64,000 nt of DNA from an uncultured Gemmatimonadales bacterium (GCA_963716255.1 OY970303.1:832001-896000); one strand, 5' to 3'; shown: positions 31,403 through 42,200, counted from the first letter of the stretch. The notes: generated by a model not told the origin, from the sequence alone. Made by a program: numbers and translations.

Positions 31403-31828
31403 CTACTTCCAGTCCATCAGCATCCGCCTGATGTCGTCGCGGTGGTTGCTCTCGTCGACGATCAGGTCCTCCAGCTGGACCTTGATGGAGATCTCGCCCG
31501 CCTTCTCGGCCTGGCCGATGCGCCGGGTGTAGCGCTCGATGGTGTCCACCTCTCCCTGGAGGGCGTACTCCAGCATCTCGCGGTTGTCCTTGGCGATCAC
31601 CACCGGCGCGGGATTCACGGTGGGCGTGCCGCCCAGGGCGACGATCTTGTCGGCCAGGAGGGCGGCGTGGCCAAGCTCGTCGGGGATCTCGCCCTCGAAG
31701 AAGGCCTTCAGCTCCTGGCGGTACGGGCCGGTGACCAGGGAGGCGTAGGTGCGGTACATGATGACCGCCTGGTACTCGCCTGCGAGGTCCTCGTTCAACC
31801 CGTCGATCAGCTCCTTGACGTCCGACAT
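31403..31828 (-). CDS. ferritin-like (bacterioferritin-type) protein
   Basis: LNEDLAGEYQA, DELGHA, GG.P, E..TIERY, DESNH di-iron motifs. Confidence 0.88.
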   Translation of the reverse strand: MSDVKELIDGLNEDLAGEYQAVIMYRTYASLVTGPYRQELKAFFEGEIPDELGHAALLADKIVALGGTPTVNPAPVVIAKDNREMLEYALQGEVDTIERYTRRIGQAEKAGEISIKVQLEDLIVDESNHRDDIRRMLMDWK

Positions 31829-31910
31829 GGTGGCTCCGGGATGGGGTTGCGGTGCGTACGCCGTCGGTACGGGCAAGAGGGGTACCAGCGTCGCGCGGGA
31901 GCCACGGCGG

Positions 31911-32010
31911 CCCTCACCCGGCTCGCTTGAGGCTCGCCACCTTCTCCCTTTATCCGGTTCGCGCGAAGCGTGAAGCAGCATTCTGGGAGAGGGGGCCGGG
32001 GGGTGAGGGG
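31911..32010 (+). repeat. family B REP-like repeat
   Basis: Near-identical to 17727-17811. Confidence 0.88.
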
Positions 32011-32040
32011 GCCCACCTCGCGGACGCCAGCGCCAGCCCC

Positions 32041-32174
32041 GCGTGAGGGATTACGGCCCGAAGGGGCGAGACCGCGCGGCTGTTTGCGCGGGCTCGACTC
32101 CGTTACGCACAGTTTTATCGTGCGTTACGGAGCCGAAGCCCGACCCCGGCGCCAGCCGGGGGCACGCCCGAACC
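32041..32174 (+). repeat. family A structured repeat, copy 5
   Basis: Aligns end to end. Confidence 0.92.
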
Positions 32175-32189
32175 CGCCGTTCAATGCTG

Positions 32190-33197
32190 TTACAGCGCCA
32201 CCTCGCGCCGCTCCTCCGCGGACCGGTACGCCGCGGCGAGGATCCTCATGAGCGCCACGTGCTCGCGCGGAAGCTCTGCTTCGCGCTCGCCGCGGACCAC
32301 GTCCACGAAGAACTGCAGCTCCTGCCGGTACGAGGCGGTGAAGATGTTTTCCCGGCCGGGCGGGAGCGGCGGGGTGACGTTCACCAGCCCGCTCTCCATC
32401 TCCTTGAAGACGGCGAGCGGGGCGAGCGAGCCGGAGCCCTCCGCGGCCATCAGGTGCAGGAACTGGCGGTCGCGCTCGGCGCGCAGGTTGGAGGTGACCT
32501 CCAGCCCCACCGTGCGGTCGCCGCGCAGCCGCAGCATCAGCGCGGCCGACTCCTCCACCTCGGAGTCAGGCTCGCGGTGGGTGTGCGCGGTGACGCGCTC
32601 GGCCTCGGGGTAGTCGAGGAGCCAGAGGGCCAGGTCCAGCATCTGCACGCCCAGGTCCATGAGCGCCCCCCCGCCCTGCTCGCGCCGCTGCCGCCAGCTC
32701 CGGCGGGCCCGTGCGGTGCCGCGGTTCAGCCACCCGGCCTTGAGGTAGAACACCTCGCCCAGCTCGCCGCCGGAAACGAAGGTCTTGAGCGCGACCGCGT
32801 CCGGCCGGAAGCGCTGGTTCATGGCCACCTGGAGCCGCCCGTCGGCGCCCTCCTGCGCCAGGATGCGCTCCACCCCCTCGGCGGTGAGCGCCAGCGGCTT
32901 CTCGCAGAGCACGTACTTGCCGGCCTGGAGCGCCTGCACCACGTGCTCCTCGTGCAGGTGGCTGGGGGTGCAGATCACCACCGCCTGGATGGACTCGTCC
33001 ATCCACACCTGCTCCTGGGTGAGCGCGGTGGTCACGCCGAAGCGCCCGGAGATGGCGCGCGCCTTGGCGCGGTCGGTGTCCACCACGGCGGCCAGCTCCA
33101 CCCCGCGCATGCGGTGGAGGATGGGGAGGTGCACCACCTGGGCGATCTTTCCGGTGCCGAGCACGGCGACGCGCACCGGGGGATGGTTGGGGCTCAT
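32190..33197 (-). CDS. Gfo/Idh/MocA family oxidoreductase
   Basis: VAVLGTG, ICTPSHLH, VLCEKPLA, GGGALMDLGVQ. Confidence 0.9.
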   Translation of the reverse strand: MSPNHPPVRVAVLGTGKIAQVVHLPILHRMRGVELAAVVDTDRAKARAISGRFGVTTALTQEQVWMDESIQAVVICTPSHLHEEHVVQALQAGKYVLCEKPLALTAEGVERILAQEGADGRLQVAMNQRFRPDAVALKTFVSGGELGEVFYLKAGWLNRGTARARRSWRQRREQGGGALMDLGVQMLDLALWLLDYPEAERVTAHTHREPDSEVEESAALMLRLRGDRTVGLEVTSNLRAERDRQFLHLMAAEGSGSLAPLAVFKEMESGLVNVTPPLPPGRENIFTASYRQELQFFVDVVRGEREAELPREHVALMRILAAAYRSAEERREVAL

Positions 33198-33868
33198 CGG
33201 GTGCCTCCGCGGGCCGGGGTGCGTGCGGCGGGGCTCGCCGGGAAGAGCCAGCTCCCCCCGGCGCTCACCCCCAGGTAGCGGACGTCGCTGGAAAGGGTCC
33301 CCCGCGCCTCGGCGAAGATCCGCAGCGCGCCGCCGAGCGGGAGCTCCACCCCGCCCACCAGGTCCACGCCGGGGGCGATGGCGTCCAGCAGGTCTTCCAC
33401 GAAGGTGCCGTTGATCAGGTCGCCGCGCCCGTTCAGGAGGTGGAGCGAGGCCCCCAGGCCGGCGTACGGCGTCGCCACCAGGCCGGTCTGGAAGGTGTAG
33501 TGCGCGTCGGCGCCCAGGGTGAGGTCGCTGACGCGGATCTCGCCCAGCTCGGACAGGCAGTCGGTGCCGTCGTCGCGGCACAGCCCGAGCAGGTTCTCGC
33601 GCAGCTCGCTCACCTGCTCGCCGCGCAGCTGCGACGACCAGAACGAGGCCCGCGGGACGATGCGCACCTGAGGCCCCAGGAAGCCCAGGTCGGCGCGGAT
33701 GCCGAAGGCGAGGGTGGGCTCCACGCGGGCCGGCCAGAGGTGGCCCAGCTCGAGTCCCACGCCGCGGAACTCCAGGTTCTCGTAGTCGTAGTCCTCCAGG
33801 CTCTGCGCCCCGAGCGGGGCGGCCGGGGCGAGGAGGACGAGCAGTGCGGGCAGCAGGAATCGGCGCAT
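33194..33868 (-). CDS. exported protein, probable small outer-membrane beta-barrel
   Basis: Signal peptide, alternating strands, PYAGLG, C-terminal G.SW.F. Confidence 0.65.
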   Translation of the reverse strand: MRRFLLPALLVLLAPAAPLGAQSLEDYDYENLEFRGVGLELGHLWPARVEPTLAFGIRADLGFLGPQVRIVPRASFWSSQLRGEQVSELRENLLGLCRDDGTDCLSELGEIRVSDLTLGADAHYTFQTGLVATPYAGLGASLHLLNGRGDLINGTFVEDLLDAIAPGVDLVGGVELPLGGALRIFAEARGTLSSDVRYLGVSAGGSWLFPASPAARTPARGGTR

Positions 33869-33903
33869 CTTCGCTCGGTCGAGGGTAGATCCGGGGGCGC
33901 GGG

Positions 33904-35277
33904 TCAGTACAGGTCGCGGAGCCGCGTTCCCGGGTAGTAGGCCGCCAGGATGGTGCGGTAGTCCTGCCCGGCGCGGGCGCGGCCCATGGCCCCCACCTGG
34001 CACATCCCGATGCCGTGCCCCCAGCCGCCGCCGCTCGCGACCACTTCGGTGGCGCGCCCGTCGGCGCCGCGGAGCACTTCCACGTCGAACTTGGAGCTGT
34101 TGAGCGCGGCGCCGGCCGGGGTGAGCAGGATCCAGCGGACGCGGTCCCTGCCCACCGTGAAGCTCCCGCCGGTGGTCTCGATGCGCATGGCCCGCACCCG
34201 CCCGGAGGGGGTGCGCTCCAGCACGCGCATGTCGCGCAGCTGCCCCACGGCGCCCCCGCCGCGCACGGAGTCGCGCAGCGTGCGGCCCAGGATGGTGTTG
34301 ATCTGCTCGGCGGACCAGCGCTGCGTCCAGCGGAAGCGGCTGGAGGAGCGGTCGAAGGCCTCGCCGCTGGCCGGGTCCACGTCGCGCACGGAGACCAGGT
34401 AGGGGACGGGGCGCTCGTTCCACACCTCGTCGATGGCGGCGGTCTGGCCGGCGCAGGTGGAGTGGTAGTACGCCTCGATGGGGCGCCCGTCGAAGGAAAG
34501 GATCTCGCCGGCGGTGGAGCGGACGGCCTGGGTGACGGGGTCGTGCTCGTCGCCGGCGCCGCCGTACACCTGGTCCGCCACCGTGGCGTACACGTCGAAT
34601 CCCAGGTCACGGCGGCGGCCCAGGTACTTGACCGCGTAGGTGCGCGCGGCCACCGCCTGGGCCCGGGCTGCCTCCAGCAGCTCCGGCCCCACCTTGCCGA
34701 TCTCCCGCGGGACGACGCCCAGCAGGTACGTTTCCATGTCGACCACGTTGACGGCGGTCACCCGGCCCCCGGGGCGCGCCTGCACGAGGGCGTCGCCGCG
34801 GTACGGCCGCCCGCCCAGGGAGAGCAGCCCGCCCCCGACGGCGCGGAACACCAGCGGCCCCTGGCCCGACGCGACCTGGGCGCCGGTGGATCCCACCACG
34901 CGCAGCGTCCCCCCGGCGCCGGAGGTGACCACGAGCCGCTCGCCCGCGAGGGCACGGCCCAGCGGGCGGTCGCCCCCGGCGCCGGTGATCTCCAGCCCGG
35001 AGGTGGAGGCGATCTCCACGCGCGGGGTGTCCACCAGGATCCCCACGCGCACCGGCGGCGACGAATCGATCTCGTCCACCTCCACCACGGGCGCGGCGGG
35101 CGGCTCGGCCGGGATGACGATGGCCGGCGGCGCGGCGGGAGGCGGCGCGGGCGCGGGTGCGGGTGCCGGCCGCGCCACCGGGACGCAGGCGCCCAGGGCG
35201 AGCGCGGCGGCCGCGAGCGGGCTACGCCAGCGCGGCACGAAGCGCCTCCCGGGCGCGGCCGATGGTCTCCTCGACAT
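33904..35277 (-). CDS. SpoIID/LytB domain lipoprotein
   Basis: ALGAC lipobox, [36 protein letters not shown]. Confidence 0.9.
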   Translation of the reverse strand: MSRRPSAAPGRRFVPRWRSPLAAAALALGACVPVARPAPAPAPAPPPAAPPAIVIPAEPPAAPVVEVDEIDSSPPVRVGILVDTPRVEIASTSGLEITGAGGDRPLGRALAGERLVVTSGAGGTLRVVGSTGAQVASGQGPLVFRAVGGGLLSLGGRPYRGDALVQARPGGRVTAVNVVDMETYLLGVVPREIGKVGPELLEAARAQAVAARTYAVKYLGRRRDLGFDVYATVADQVYGGAGDEHDPVTQAVRSTAGEILSFDGRPIEAYYHSTCAGQTAAIDEVWNERPVPYLVSVRDVDPASGEAFDRSSSRFRWTQRWSAEQINTILGRTLRDSVRGGGAVGQLRDMRVLERTPSGRVRAMRIETTGGSFTVGRDRVRWILLTPAGAALNSSKFDVEVLRGADGRATEVVASGGGWGHGIGMCQVGAMGRARAGQDYRTILAAYYPGTRLRDLY

Positions 35278-36562
35278 CCGATTCGGTGTGCGCGGTGGAA
35301 AGGAAGCCTGCCTCGAAGGCGGAGGGTGCAAAGAACACTCCGCGCTCCAGGCACTCGTGGAAGTAGCGGCGGAAGAGGGCGACGTCGGTGCGCCTGGCGT
35401 CGGTGAAGTCGCGCACCGGGCCCTCGGCGAAGAAGGTCCCCCACATGGAGCCGAAGTGGCCGCCGGTGGCCGGAACGCCGGCTTCGGCGGCGTTGGCCAG
35501 GAGCCCCTCCACCAGCCGGGCGGTGCGGCGCTCCAGCTGCCCGTAGGGGTCCTGCTCGCGGAGCAGGCGGAGCTGCGCCAGCCCGGCAGCCATCGCCAGC
35601 GGGTTGCCGGACAGGGTGCCCGCCTGGTAGACGGGGCCCAGCGGGGCGACGTGCTCCATCACGTCGCGGCGGCCGCCGTACGCGCCCACCGGGAGCCCCC
35701 CGCCGATCACCTTGCCCAGCGTGGTCAGGTCGGGGCGCACGCCGAAGCGCTCCTGCGCCCCGCCGGGCGCGACGCGGAAGCCGGTCATCACCTCGTCGAA
35801 GACCAGGAGGGCGCCGTCCTCCTCGGTGATGCGGCGGAGCTCGGCGAGGAAGCCGTCCGCCGGGGCCAGGAAGCCGGCGTTGCCGACCACGGGCTCCAGG
35901 ATCACCGCGGCGATCCGCCCCGGGTGGGCGCGGAAGGCTTCCGCGACTGCCTGCGCGTCGTTGTAGGGCGCGGTGAGGGTGAGCCGCGACAGCTCCTCGG
36001 GGACGCCGGGGGAGTTGGGGAGCCCCAGGGTGGCGACGCCGGAGCCTGCCTTGACCAGGAAGGAGTCGCCGTGCCCGTGGTAGCACCCCTCGAACTTGAG
36101 GATCATGGGGCGGCCGGTGAAGCCGCGAGCCAGCCGCACCGCGGACATGGTGGCCTCGGTGCCGCTGTTGACGAAGCGCACGCGCTCCATGGACGGCACG
36201 AAGTCGCGCACCAGCTCGGCGAGCTCCACCTCGGCGGGGGTGGGCGCCCCGTACGAGGTGCCGCGGAGCGCGGCGTCGCGCACCGCGTCCACCAGCGCCG
36301 GGTGCGCGTGCCCGAAGACCAGCGGCCCCCAGGAGAGCACGTAGTCCAGGTATTCGTTGCCGTCCACGTCCCAGATGCGCGCCCCCTCGCCGCGCGCCAC
36401 GAAGAACGGCTCCCCGCCCACCGCGCTGAAGGCGCGGACCGGCGAGTTCACCCCGCCGGGGGTGACTTCCAGGGCGCGCCGGAACCACTCCCGCGACCGG
36501 TCGCGGGGCCGTCCGGACGCGCTGGCCGCGTTCTTGCCAATTCCGGGTTCAGTATCGCTCAT
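35222..36562 (-). CDS. hemL: glutamate-1-semialdehyde 2,1-aminomutase
   Basis: [51 protein letters not shown]. Confidence 0.96.
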   Translation of the reverse strand: MSDTEPGIGKNAASASGRPRDRSREWFRRALEVTPGGVNSPVRAFSAVGGEPFFVARGEGARIWDVDGNEYLDYVLSWGPLVFGHAHPALVDAVRDAALRGTSYGAPTPAEVELAELVRDFVPSMERVRFVNSGTEATMSAVRLARGFTGRPMILKFEGCYHGHGDSFLVKAGSGVATLGLPNSPGVPEELSRLTLTAPYNDAQAVAEAFRAHPGRIAAVILEPVVGNAGFLAPADGFLAELRRITEEDGALLVFDEVMTGFRVAPGGAQERFGVRPDLTTLGKVIGGGLPVGAYGGRRDVMEHVAPLGPVYQAGTLSGNPLAMAAGLAQLRLLREQDPYGQLERRTARLVEGLLANAAEAGVPATGGHFGSMWGTFFAEGPVRDFTDARRTDVALFRRYFHECLERGVFFAPSAFEAGFLSTAHTESDVEETIGRAREALRAALA

Positions 36563-36585
36563 CAAACTCAACTGGAGATCAAGGA

Positions 36586-36783
36586 ATGTCCAAGCGACTG
36601 CTTGCCGTGCTCGCCGCCATCACCATCTCGGGGACCGCCGCCGCCTGCGACGACAACGCCGAGGACCACGCCCAGGAGGCGGTGGAAGAGGCCCGCGAGG
36701 GCGACACCGAGAACGCCGCCGAGTCGGCCCAGGACGCCCGCGAGGACCTCGCGCAGGGCGACACCACCGAGGGCATCAACTAG
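36586..36783 (+). CDS. small acidic lipoprotein
   Basis: AAGGA RBS; signal ending AAAC; D/E/A-rich. Confidence 0.7.
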   Translation: MSKRLLAVLAAITISGTAAACDDNAEDHAQEAVEEAREGDTENAAESAQDAREDLAQGDTTEGIN

Positions 36784-36855
36784 CCCCTGCCGCACCCGCC
36801 GGACCTCAGCCCTCCCCCGGCTCGCCGGGGGAGGGCTGTTTGCATCGGCACCTGC

Positions 36856-36908
36856 CCCCACCCGGCTCGCTTGAGGCTCGCCACCCTCCCCCAAACCTGG
36901 GGGAGGGC
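36856..36908 (+). repeat. family B REP-like repeat
   Basis: CCCACCCGGCTCGCTTGAGGCTCGCCACCCTCCCCCAAACCTGGGGGAGGG. Confidence 0.85.
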
Positions 36909-36923
36909 TTCCCGCAGTTCGCA

Positions 36924-37077
36924 GTTCCGCAGTACCCCCCGAATCCGTTGCGGAGGGAGACGGCCGGGCAGTTTCGGCTGGCTCACTCCGGCGGAGCGAG
37001 ACACGGGGCCGTTTCCGTGGCTCGCGGAGCCCGCGCAGGAGACGGACGGCTGTATCGTCCGGCTCCGGAGCGGCCCC
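36924..37077 (+). repeat. family C structured intergenic repeat
   Basis: Aligns with 25292-25450. Confidence 0.88.
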
Positions 37078-37093
37078 ACGCGACGAACCGGCC

Positions 37094-37597
37094 CTACGAC
37101 CTGAAGTTGCCGAACTGCAGCTCCAGCCCGAAGTCCTCCTTCTTGAGCATCGCGATCACGCCCTGCAGCTCGTCGATGGAGGGCGACTGCACGCGCACCT
37201 CGTCCTCCTGGATCTGCGCCTGCACCTTCTTGAACCCCGCGGCCTTGATCGCCTTGACGATCTCCTTGGCCTTGTCGGTGGGGATCCCCTGGAGCAGCGT
37301 GACGCTCTGCCGCGACTTGCCGCCGAACGCCTGCTCCACGGTGCCGTAGTCCAGGTTGCGGATGGGCACGCCGCGCTTGATCAGCTTGGACTGGAGCACG
37401 TCGATCAGCGCCGTGAGCTTGTAGTCGTCGTCGGCGAGGAGCTTGAAGACGCCTTCCTTGGCGTCGAAGTCGATGTCGGCGGTGACGCCCTTGAAGTCGT
37501 ACCGCTGCGCGACCTCCTTCCTGGCCTGGTTCACCGCGTTGTCGACCTCCTGAAGGTCGACCTTGGACGTGATGTCGAATGTGGAGTTCTTTGCCAT
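37094..37597 (-). CDS. yajQ: YajQ family nucleotide-binding protein
   Basis: FDI.S.VDLQEVDNAV.QA.KE..QRYDFKG; KVQAQIQ; LQFGNFR. Confidence 0.94.
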   Translation of the reverse strand: MAKNSTFDITSKVDLQEVDNAVNQARKEVAQRYDFKGVTADIDFDAKEGVFKLLADDDYKLTALIDVLQSKLIKRGVPIRNLDYGTVEQAFGGKSRQSVTLLQGIPTDKAKEIVKAIKAAGFKKVQAQIQEDEVRVQSPSIDELQGVIAMLKKEDFGLELQFGNFRS

Positions 37598-37717
37598 TCC
37601 CGTGCGCGTTGGCCGTGGGTGGAGCGTCGGTCCGACGGCCGGAATCTACGCGGCGCGGCGCGCGGGGAGCAAGCCGGAAAGCGGACGGGCGGGCCGTTGG
37701 GCCCGCCCGTCGCGGCG

Positions 37718-38656
37718 TCACTGCTCGAAGACCTGGGCCCCTCGTGGGGGGCTGAAGGCGAAGAGCCCGTCCGGGAGCTGGACGTTCCGCCTGAGGTTGC
37801 GCAGCTCGATGCGCCGCACCGACTCGTTCTCCTCGGTCATCTCGAAGCGGCGCACGGAGTAGTCTTCCACGTCCACCCAGATGCGCAGGCGCCGCACGGG
37901 GGACTGCTGCTTGGGGACCAGGGTGAGGACGTGCGTCCGGTGCCCGTCCACCGTCTCGCTGCCGTCCAGCGTGCCATTGTAGCGCGCGGTGGGGTTGCTG
38001 AGGAACTGCTGGTGCAGGTCCACCTGCTGCGTCCCCTGGGCGATGGAGGTCTTCATCACCTGCTTGGGGTCGCTGCTGGGATAGTACATCCAGAAGCTGC
38101 GCCCGTCCGCCACGATCACGTCGCCGGCGGGGTCGGAGAACTTCATCAGGAAGCGGTCCGGCCGGCGCTGGTACAGCTTGCCGCTGCTCCGCTGGCTGGT
38201 GCCGAGCAGGGGGACGCGCAGGTCCTGCACGAAGTCCGCCTGCATGCTGCTCACGCCGGCGTAGGTGCGCTCCACGCGCTCCAGGATCTGTCCCGCCTCG
38301 ACGTCCGCGGGGGCCCGGGCGGAGCCGCGCGAGGCGGGCATCATCCCGGACCGGTCGGCGTCGGGAGCCGGAGCCGGCGTGCCGGACGCCGAAGCGGCCG
38401 CGGCGGAGCCGGGGGCCGCCGGGAGCGGCGCGGCGCCGGACCGCGGAGCACCCGCGGCGGCGGCACCGGCGCCGGGAGCGGGAAGCGCGCTCTCCAGCGC
38501 GGTCTCGCCCGCGGGAGCGGGAGCGGCGGCGCGCTGCTGCGCCGAGGGCGCGGAGGCGGGCGCGTCGCGGCGCACGTCCGCGGCCTCGGATCCGCCGCAG
38601 GCGGCGAGCGTCAGGGGCGCCACGAGGAAGCCGAACCGACGAAATCTCCTGTTCAT
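37718..38656 (-). CDS. lolA: outer-membrane lipoprotein carrier LolA-like, lipidated with Ala/Pro-rich linker
   Basis: LAAC lipobox; ADF.Q, G.L...RP.RF, IVADG...W.Y.P, F.F.PP.GA. Confidence 0.85.
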   Translation of the reverse strand: MNRRFRRFGFLVAPLTLAACGGSEAADVRRDAPASAPSAQQRAAAPAPAGETALESALPAPGAGAAAAGAPRSGAAPLPAAPGSAAAASASGTPAPAPDADRSGMMPASRGSARAPADVEAGQILERVERTYAGVSSMQADFVQDLRVPLLGTSQRSSGKLYQRRPDRFLMKFSDPAGDVIVADGRSFWMYYPSSDPKQVMKTSIAQGTQQVDLHQQFLSNPTARYNGTLDGSETVDGHRTHVLTLVPKQQSPVRRLRIWVDVEDYSVRRFEMTEENESVRRIELRNLRRNVQLPDGLFAFSPPRGAQVFEQ

Positions 38657-38747
38657 CCCCTTCTCTGCACTCGGGTACGCGGGTCCGCGGCGGACCCCGC
38701 CGTCGGGAGCGTAGGGTACCCGCCGGACTACACGTGGTTCCTGGAAA

Positions 38748-38785
38748 CGGAGCAGCCGCGGGCGATGTCGCCCGCGGCTGCTCCG
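38748..38785. repeat. 38-bp palindrome, copy 1
   Basis: CGGAGCAGCCGCGGGCGA-TG-TCGCCCGCGGCTGCTCCG. Confidence 0.9.
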
Positions 38786-38816
38786 TCCTTGCCGCCGCCC
38801 GTGCCCGGCCGCGGCG

Positions 38817-39245
38817 CTACGACCGGCTGCAGAACGCGTCCCACACGGTCCAGTAGTTGGCGTCCGTCCCGTCCGGGTTGGAAACGATCCCCACCATCGC
38901 CGCGCAGTTGGAGTTGCAGCCGATGTTGGGCTTGCTTCCCGACTGCGGGGTGAGCCGCTTGGAGCCGAACTTGGGGCCCGAGGCGATCACCGCCACGTTG
39001 AAGAGCCCCGACAGGTTCGGCGTCTGCAGGATCTGCTGGGGGTTGGCCGAGGTGATGACGCCGGTCCAGTTGCCGTCCTGCTGCTCGAGCCGCACCTCCC
39101 ACTTCGTGACGTTTTCCTCGGTGTTGTTCTGCGGCGAGATGTACGCCCAGAACTGGGCCCCTCCGCCCAACGATCCCTCGACCTGGCCCTTGATCTCGGA
39201 GATGTTGTCGCCCAGCTGCGAGAGATCGGCGTCCGGTGTGCTCAT
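38817..39245 (-). CDS. orphan hypothetical protein (142 aa, N/S/G-rich, three Cys)
   Basis: GGAGG RBS, ATG 39245, MSTPDADLSQLG...WTVWDAFCSRS. Confidence 0.75.
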   Translation of the reverse strand: MSTPDADLSQLGDNISEIKGQVEGSLGGGAQFWAYISPQNNTEENVTKWEVRLEQQDGNWTGVITSANPQQILQTPNLSGLFNVAVIASGPKFGSKRLTPQSGSKPNIGCNSNCAAMVGIVSNPDGTDANYWTVWDAFCSRS

Positions 39246-39354
39246 TCTGCGCCTCCCTGCGAGGGTGGACCGTCGTTCCATCGGTTGCGTGCCCGGCAGC
39301 CCTGCCCGGAGGAGGGACGCCCCTCGCCGGGTCCGGACTCCAGGGCACGCGAAT

Positions 39355-39382
39355 ACAATAAGGGGAAACAAAAAGAGCGCAA
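39355..39382 (-). promoter_or_regulatory. putative sigma70-type promoter of the orphan gene
   Basis: TTGCGC-16 nt-TATTGT in an AT-rich patch. Confidence 0.4.
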
Positions 39383-39440
39383 CATTGTCGTCAAAGCTGC
39401 CCGCGGAGCGGCGCGCCGGCTCGCATGCGGGTTCCGGAAA

Positions 39441-39478
39441 CGGAACAGCCGCGGGCGACGTCGCCCGCGGCTGTTCCG
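39441..39478. repeat. 38-bp perfect palindrome, copy 2
   Basis: CGGAACAGCCGCGGGCGAC|GTCGCCCGCGGCTGTTCCG. Confidence 0.9.
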
Positions 39479-39487
39479 GTGTTCTCG

Positions 39488-41911
39488 CTACTCGCAGATC
39501 TGGTCCAGCTGCACGTGGTCCATCAGCACCTCGCGCGGCTTGGAGCCGTCGGGCGGCCCCAGCACCCCGGCGAAGTGGAGCTGGTCGATGACCCGCGCCG
39601 CGCGCCCATAGCCGATGCGAAGCCGCCGCTGCAGCAGCGAGGTGGAGCCGCCCTGGTGCTGGATGCACAGCTCCGCGGCCTCGCGGAACAGCGTGTCGCG
39701 GTCGCCCATGGCCTCTTCCTCCGCCTCGCCCGAGCCGTCGTCCTCCTGCGAGCGGACCTGGTCCAGGATGTTGGCCTCGCCGCGCGTCTCCTCGTCCGGG
39801 TCGCGCCCCTCGGCGATGGCCTGCTCGCGGCGCAGGCGCTTCTGCTCGCGGTACCAGTTCATCAGCCCCTCCGTCTCCTCGGTGGAGAGGTAGGCTCCCT
39901 GGATGCGCACCGGCTCGCTGCTGGCGGGCGGGAGGAGGAGCAGGTCGCCGTTGCCGAGCAGGTTGTCGGCGCCGTTCTGGTCCAGGATGGTGCGCGAGTC
40001 CACCTTGGACGACACGCGGAAGGCGATGCGGCTGGGGAAGTTGGCCTTGATCAGGCCGGTGATGACGTTCACCGACGGCCGCTGCGTCGCCAGGATCAGG
40101 TGGATGCCGATGGCGCGCGCCTTCTGGGCGAGGAGCGCGAGCGGCTTCTCCACGTCGCCCTGGCAGGTCATCATCAGGTCCGCCAGCTCGTCGATGATGA
40201 CCACGATGAACGGGAGCGGTCCGCCGCGGTACATCCAGCGGTCCGGATCGCCCTCTTCGCCCTGCGCTTCCGGGGAGCGGACCGTCTGCCCGCTTTCCAC
40301 GCGGCGGTTGAAGTCCTGGAGGTTGCGGACGCCGTTGACGCTCAGCAGCTCGTAGCGCCGCTCCATCTCCAGTACGGCCCACTTGAGCACCGTGGCCGCG
40401 TCGTTGTTGTCGGTGACGACGGGGTGCCGCAGGTGGGGGAGGTCGTTGTAGATGGACAGCTCCACCATCTTGGGGTCCACCATCAGGAAGCGCAGCGTAC
40501 GCGGCGAGTGCCGGTAGATGAGCGAGGTGATGATGGTGTTGACGCACACCGACTTCCCCGCGCCGGTGGCGCCGGCGATGAGCAGGTGGGGCATCTTCGC
40601 CAGGTCGGCCACGTAGGGCCGCCCGGCGATGTCCTTGCCCAGCGCGAGCGGGAGCTGCGCCTTGGTGCCGCGGTACTGCCCGGACTCGATCACCTCCCGG
40701 AAGAACACCATTTCCGGGGTGGGGTTGGGCACCTCCACGCCGACGGCGCCGCGGCCCGGGATGGGCGCGACGATGCGGATGGACTGGGCGCGCATGGCGA
40801 GCGCCAGGTCGGCGTCCAGCGAAGCGATGCGGGCCACCTTGACCCCGGGGGCGGGCTCCACCTCGAACTGGGTGACCACCGGCCCGGCCGTCATCCCCAC
40901 CACCTTTCCCTCGATCTTGAAGGTGGCCAGCTTGTCCACCAGCACCTGCCCCAGCTGGTCCAGCTCGGCGCGGTTGCGGGCGTCGTCGCGCACGGGCGGC
41001 GAGGTGAGCATCCCCGTGGCCGGGAGGTCGCCGCTCAGCGGGTCGCCCGCGTCCAGCGGCATCAGCTCGGTCTGCTCGTCGGCGGCGGTCTTCGGCCTCT
41101 GCTGGGCCTTGGGCTTCGCGGCCTCCTTCACGGCCGCGCCCCTGCCCTGCGGCGCGGGCCGGGCGGGCGGGAACGGGTCGGTGTGGTCCGCTTCGTCGCC
41201 GAACGATGCGGGCTCCTCCGCCTCGTCGAGCGGCTCCGGCTCGCCCAGGTCTTCCGTCTCGTCGTCGTCCTCTTCGTCGTCGTCCCGCGCCTCGGCGGCG
41301 CGCCGCGGGAAGGTGGGGATGGCGGGGAGCGCGATGCGGCGCGGGAGGACCTCGGGGAGGGCGGAAACGGTGCGGCCGGCGTGGCTGAGCGCCAGCCGCC
41401 CGCCGCCCACCACGGTGCGCACCGGGTTCCAGCCGATGGTGGCGATGCACAGCGCGGCGAACAGCACCGCCAGCACCACCGACGAGCCCACGCCGCCCAG
41501 CAGCGTGACGAGCACGCCCCCCAGCGCCCGCCCGGTCCACCCGGCCGCGGTGGGATCGGCGCGCGTGGCGTCCGCCAGCACGAACGCCGCGGTGGCGAAC
41601 AGGATCGCGGAGCCGCCCAGGAGCACGCTCCAGCGGATGGCGGTGGCACGCTCGGCACGCCCCAGCACGACCGCGCCCCAGAGCGCCGGGAACGCCGGCA
41701 GCACCAGCGCGGGGAGCCCCAGCAGCGCGAACGCCCCGGCGAAGATGTAGCGTCCCAGCACCCCGACGATGTTGCCGGTGGCGAACCATCGCTCGCCTGT
41801 CTCGCCGAAGAGCGCGGGCGGGATGAAGCTGAGCGTGAGGAGGAGGGCCAGGGCCAGGAGCGCCAGGCCCCACAGGTCCCGGCGGTGCCGGTCGTCCAGG
41901 GAAAGCGACAT
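39488..41911 (-). CDS. ftsK: DNA translocase FtsK
   Basis: N-terminal TMs, MPHLLIAGATGAGKS, IDELADLMM, LATQRPSV, gamma domain STSLLQRRLRIGYGRAAR. Confidence 0.96.
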   Translation of the reverse strand: MSLSLDDRHRRDLWGLALLALALLLTLSFIPPALFGETGERWFATGNIVGVLGRYIFAGAFALLGLPALVLPAFPALWGAVVLGRAERATAIRWSVLLGGSAILFATAAFVLADATRADPTAAGWTGRALGGVLVTLLGGVGSSVVLAVLFAALCIATIGWNPVRTVVGGGRLALSHAGRTVSALPEVLPRRIALPAIPTFPRRAAEARDDDEEDDDETEDLGEPEPLDEAEEPASFGDEADHTDPFPPARPAPQGRGAAVKEAAKPKAQQRPKTAADEQTELMPLDAGDPLSGDLPATGMLTSPPVRDDARNRAELDQLGQVLVDKLATFKIEGKVVGMTAGPVVTQFEVEPAPGVKVARIASLDADLALAMRAQSIRIVAPIPGRGAVGVEVPNPTPEMVFFREVIESGQYRGTKAQLPLALGKDIAGRPYVADLAKMPHLLIAGATGAGKSVCVNTIITSLIYRHSPRTLRFLMVDPKMVELSIYNDLPHLRHPVVTDNNDAATVLKWAVLEMERRYELLSVNGVRNLQDFNRRVESGQTVRSPEAQGEEGDPDRWMYRGGPLPFIVVIIDELADLMMTCQGDVEKPLALLAQKARAIGIHLILATQRPSVNVITGLIKANFPSRIAFRVSSKVDSRTILDQNGADNLLGNGDLLLLPPASSEPVRIQGAYLSTEETEGLMNWYREQKRLRREQAIAEGRDPDEETRGEANILDQVRSQEDDGSGEAEEEAMGDRDTLFREAAELCIQHQGGSTSLLQRRLRIGYGRAARVIDQLHFAGVLGPPDGSKPREVLMDHVQLDQICE

Positions 41912-42069
41912 CTCGCGGTGCTTCGCTGCGGATGATGCGGGGGGAGGTGCGTCCGCACCCGGCGGTTGGCGGGGGATCGCGGCCGTGCCGGGGATGTGCG
42001 GGACGGCCACAAAGATACGCCGGGACGGCGCGGATGCCAACGGGGACGTGACGGAGCGCGCCGCGGCGG

Positions 42070-42200
42070 CCCTCACCCGGCTCGCTTGAGGCTCGCCACC
42101 CTCTCCCAACTCTGGGAGAGGGGGCAACTGCTGGACTCAGCGTGAGTTTCCCCTCCCTCGCCTGCGGGGGAGGGGTGGCGCGAAGCGCCGGGGTGGGGGG
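42070..42200 (+). repeat. family B REP-like repeats (two, opposite orientation)
   Basis: CCCTCACCCGGCTCGCTTGAGG...GGGAGAGGG, then CCCTCCC..GGGGAGGGG..GCGAAGC..GGGGTGGGG. Confidence 0.8.

Noticed and set aside
38817..41873. 1018-aa ORF from the track
   Set aside because: Alternate frame of ftsK with R/G/A-rich shadow composition; only the last 142 codons look like a real gene
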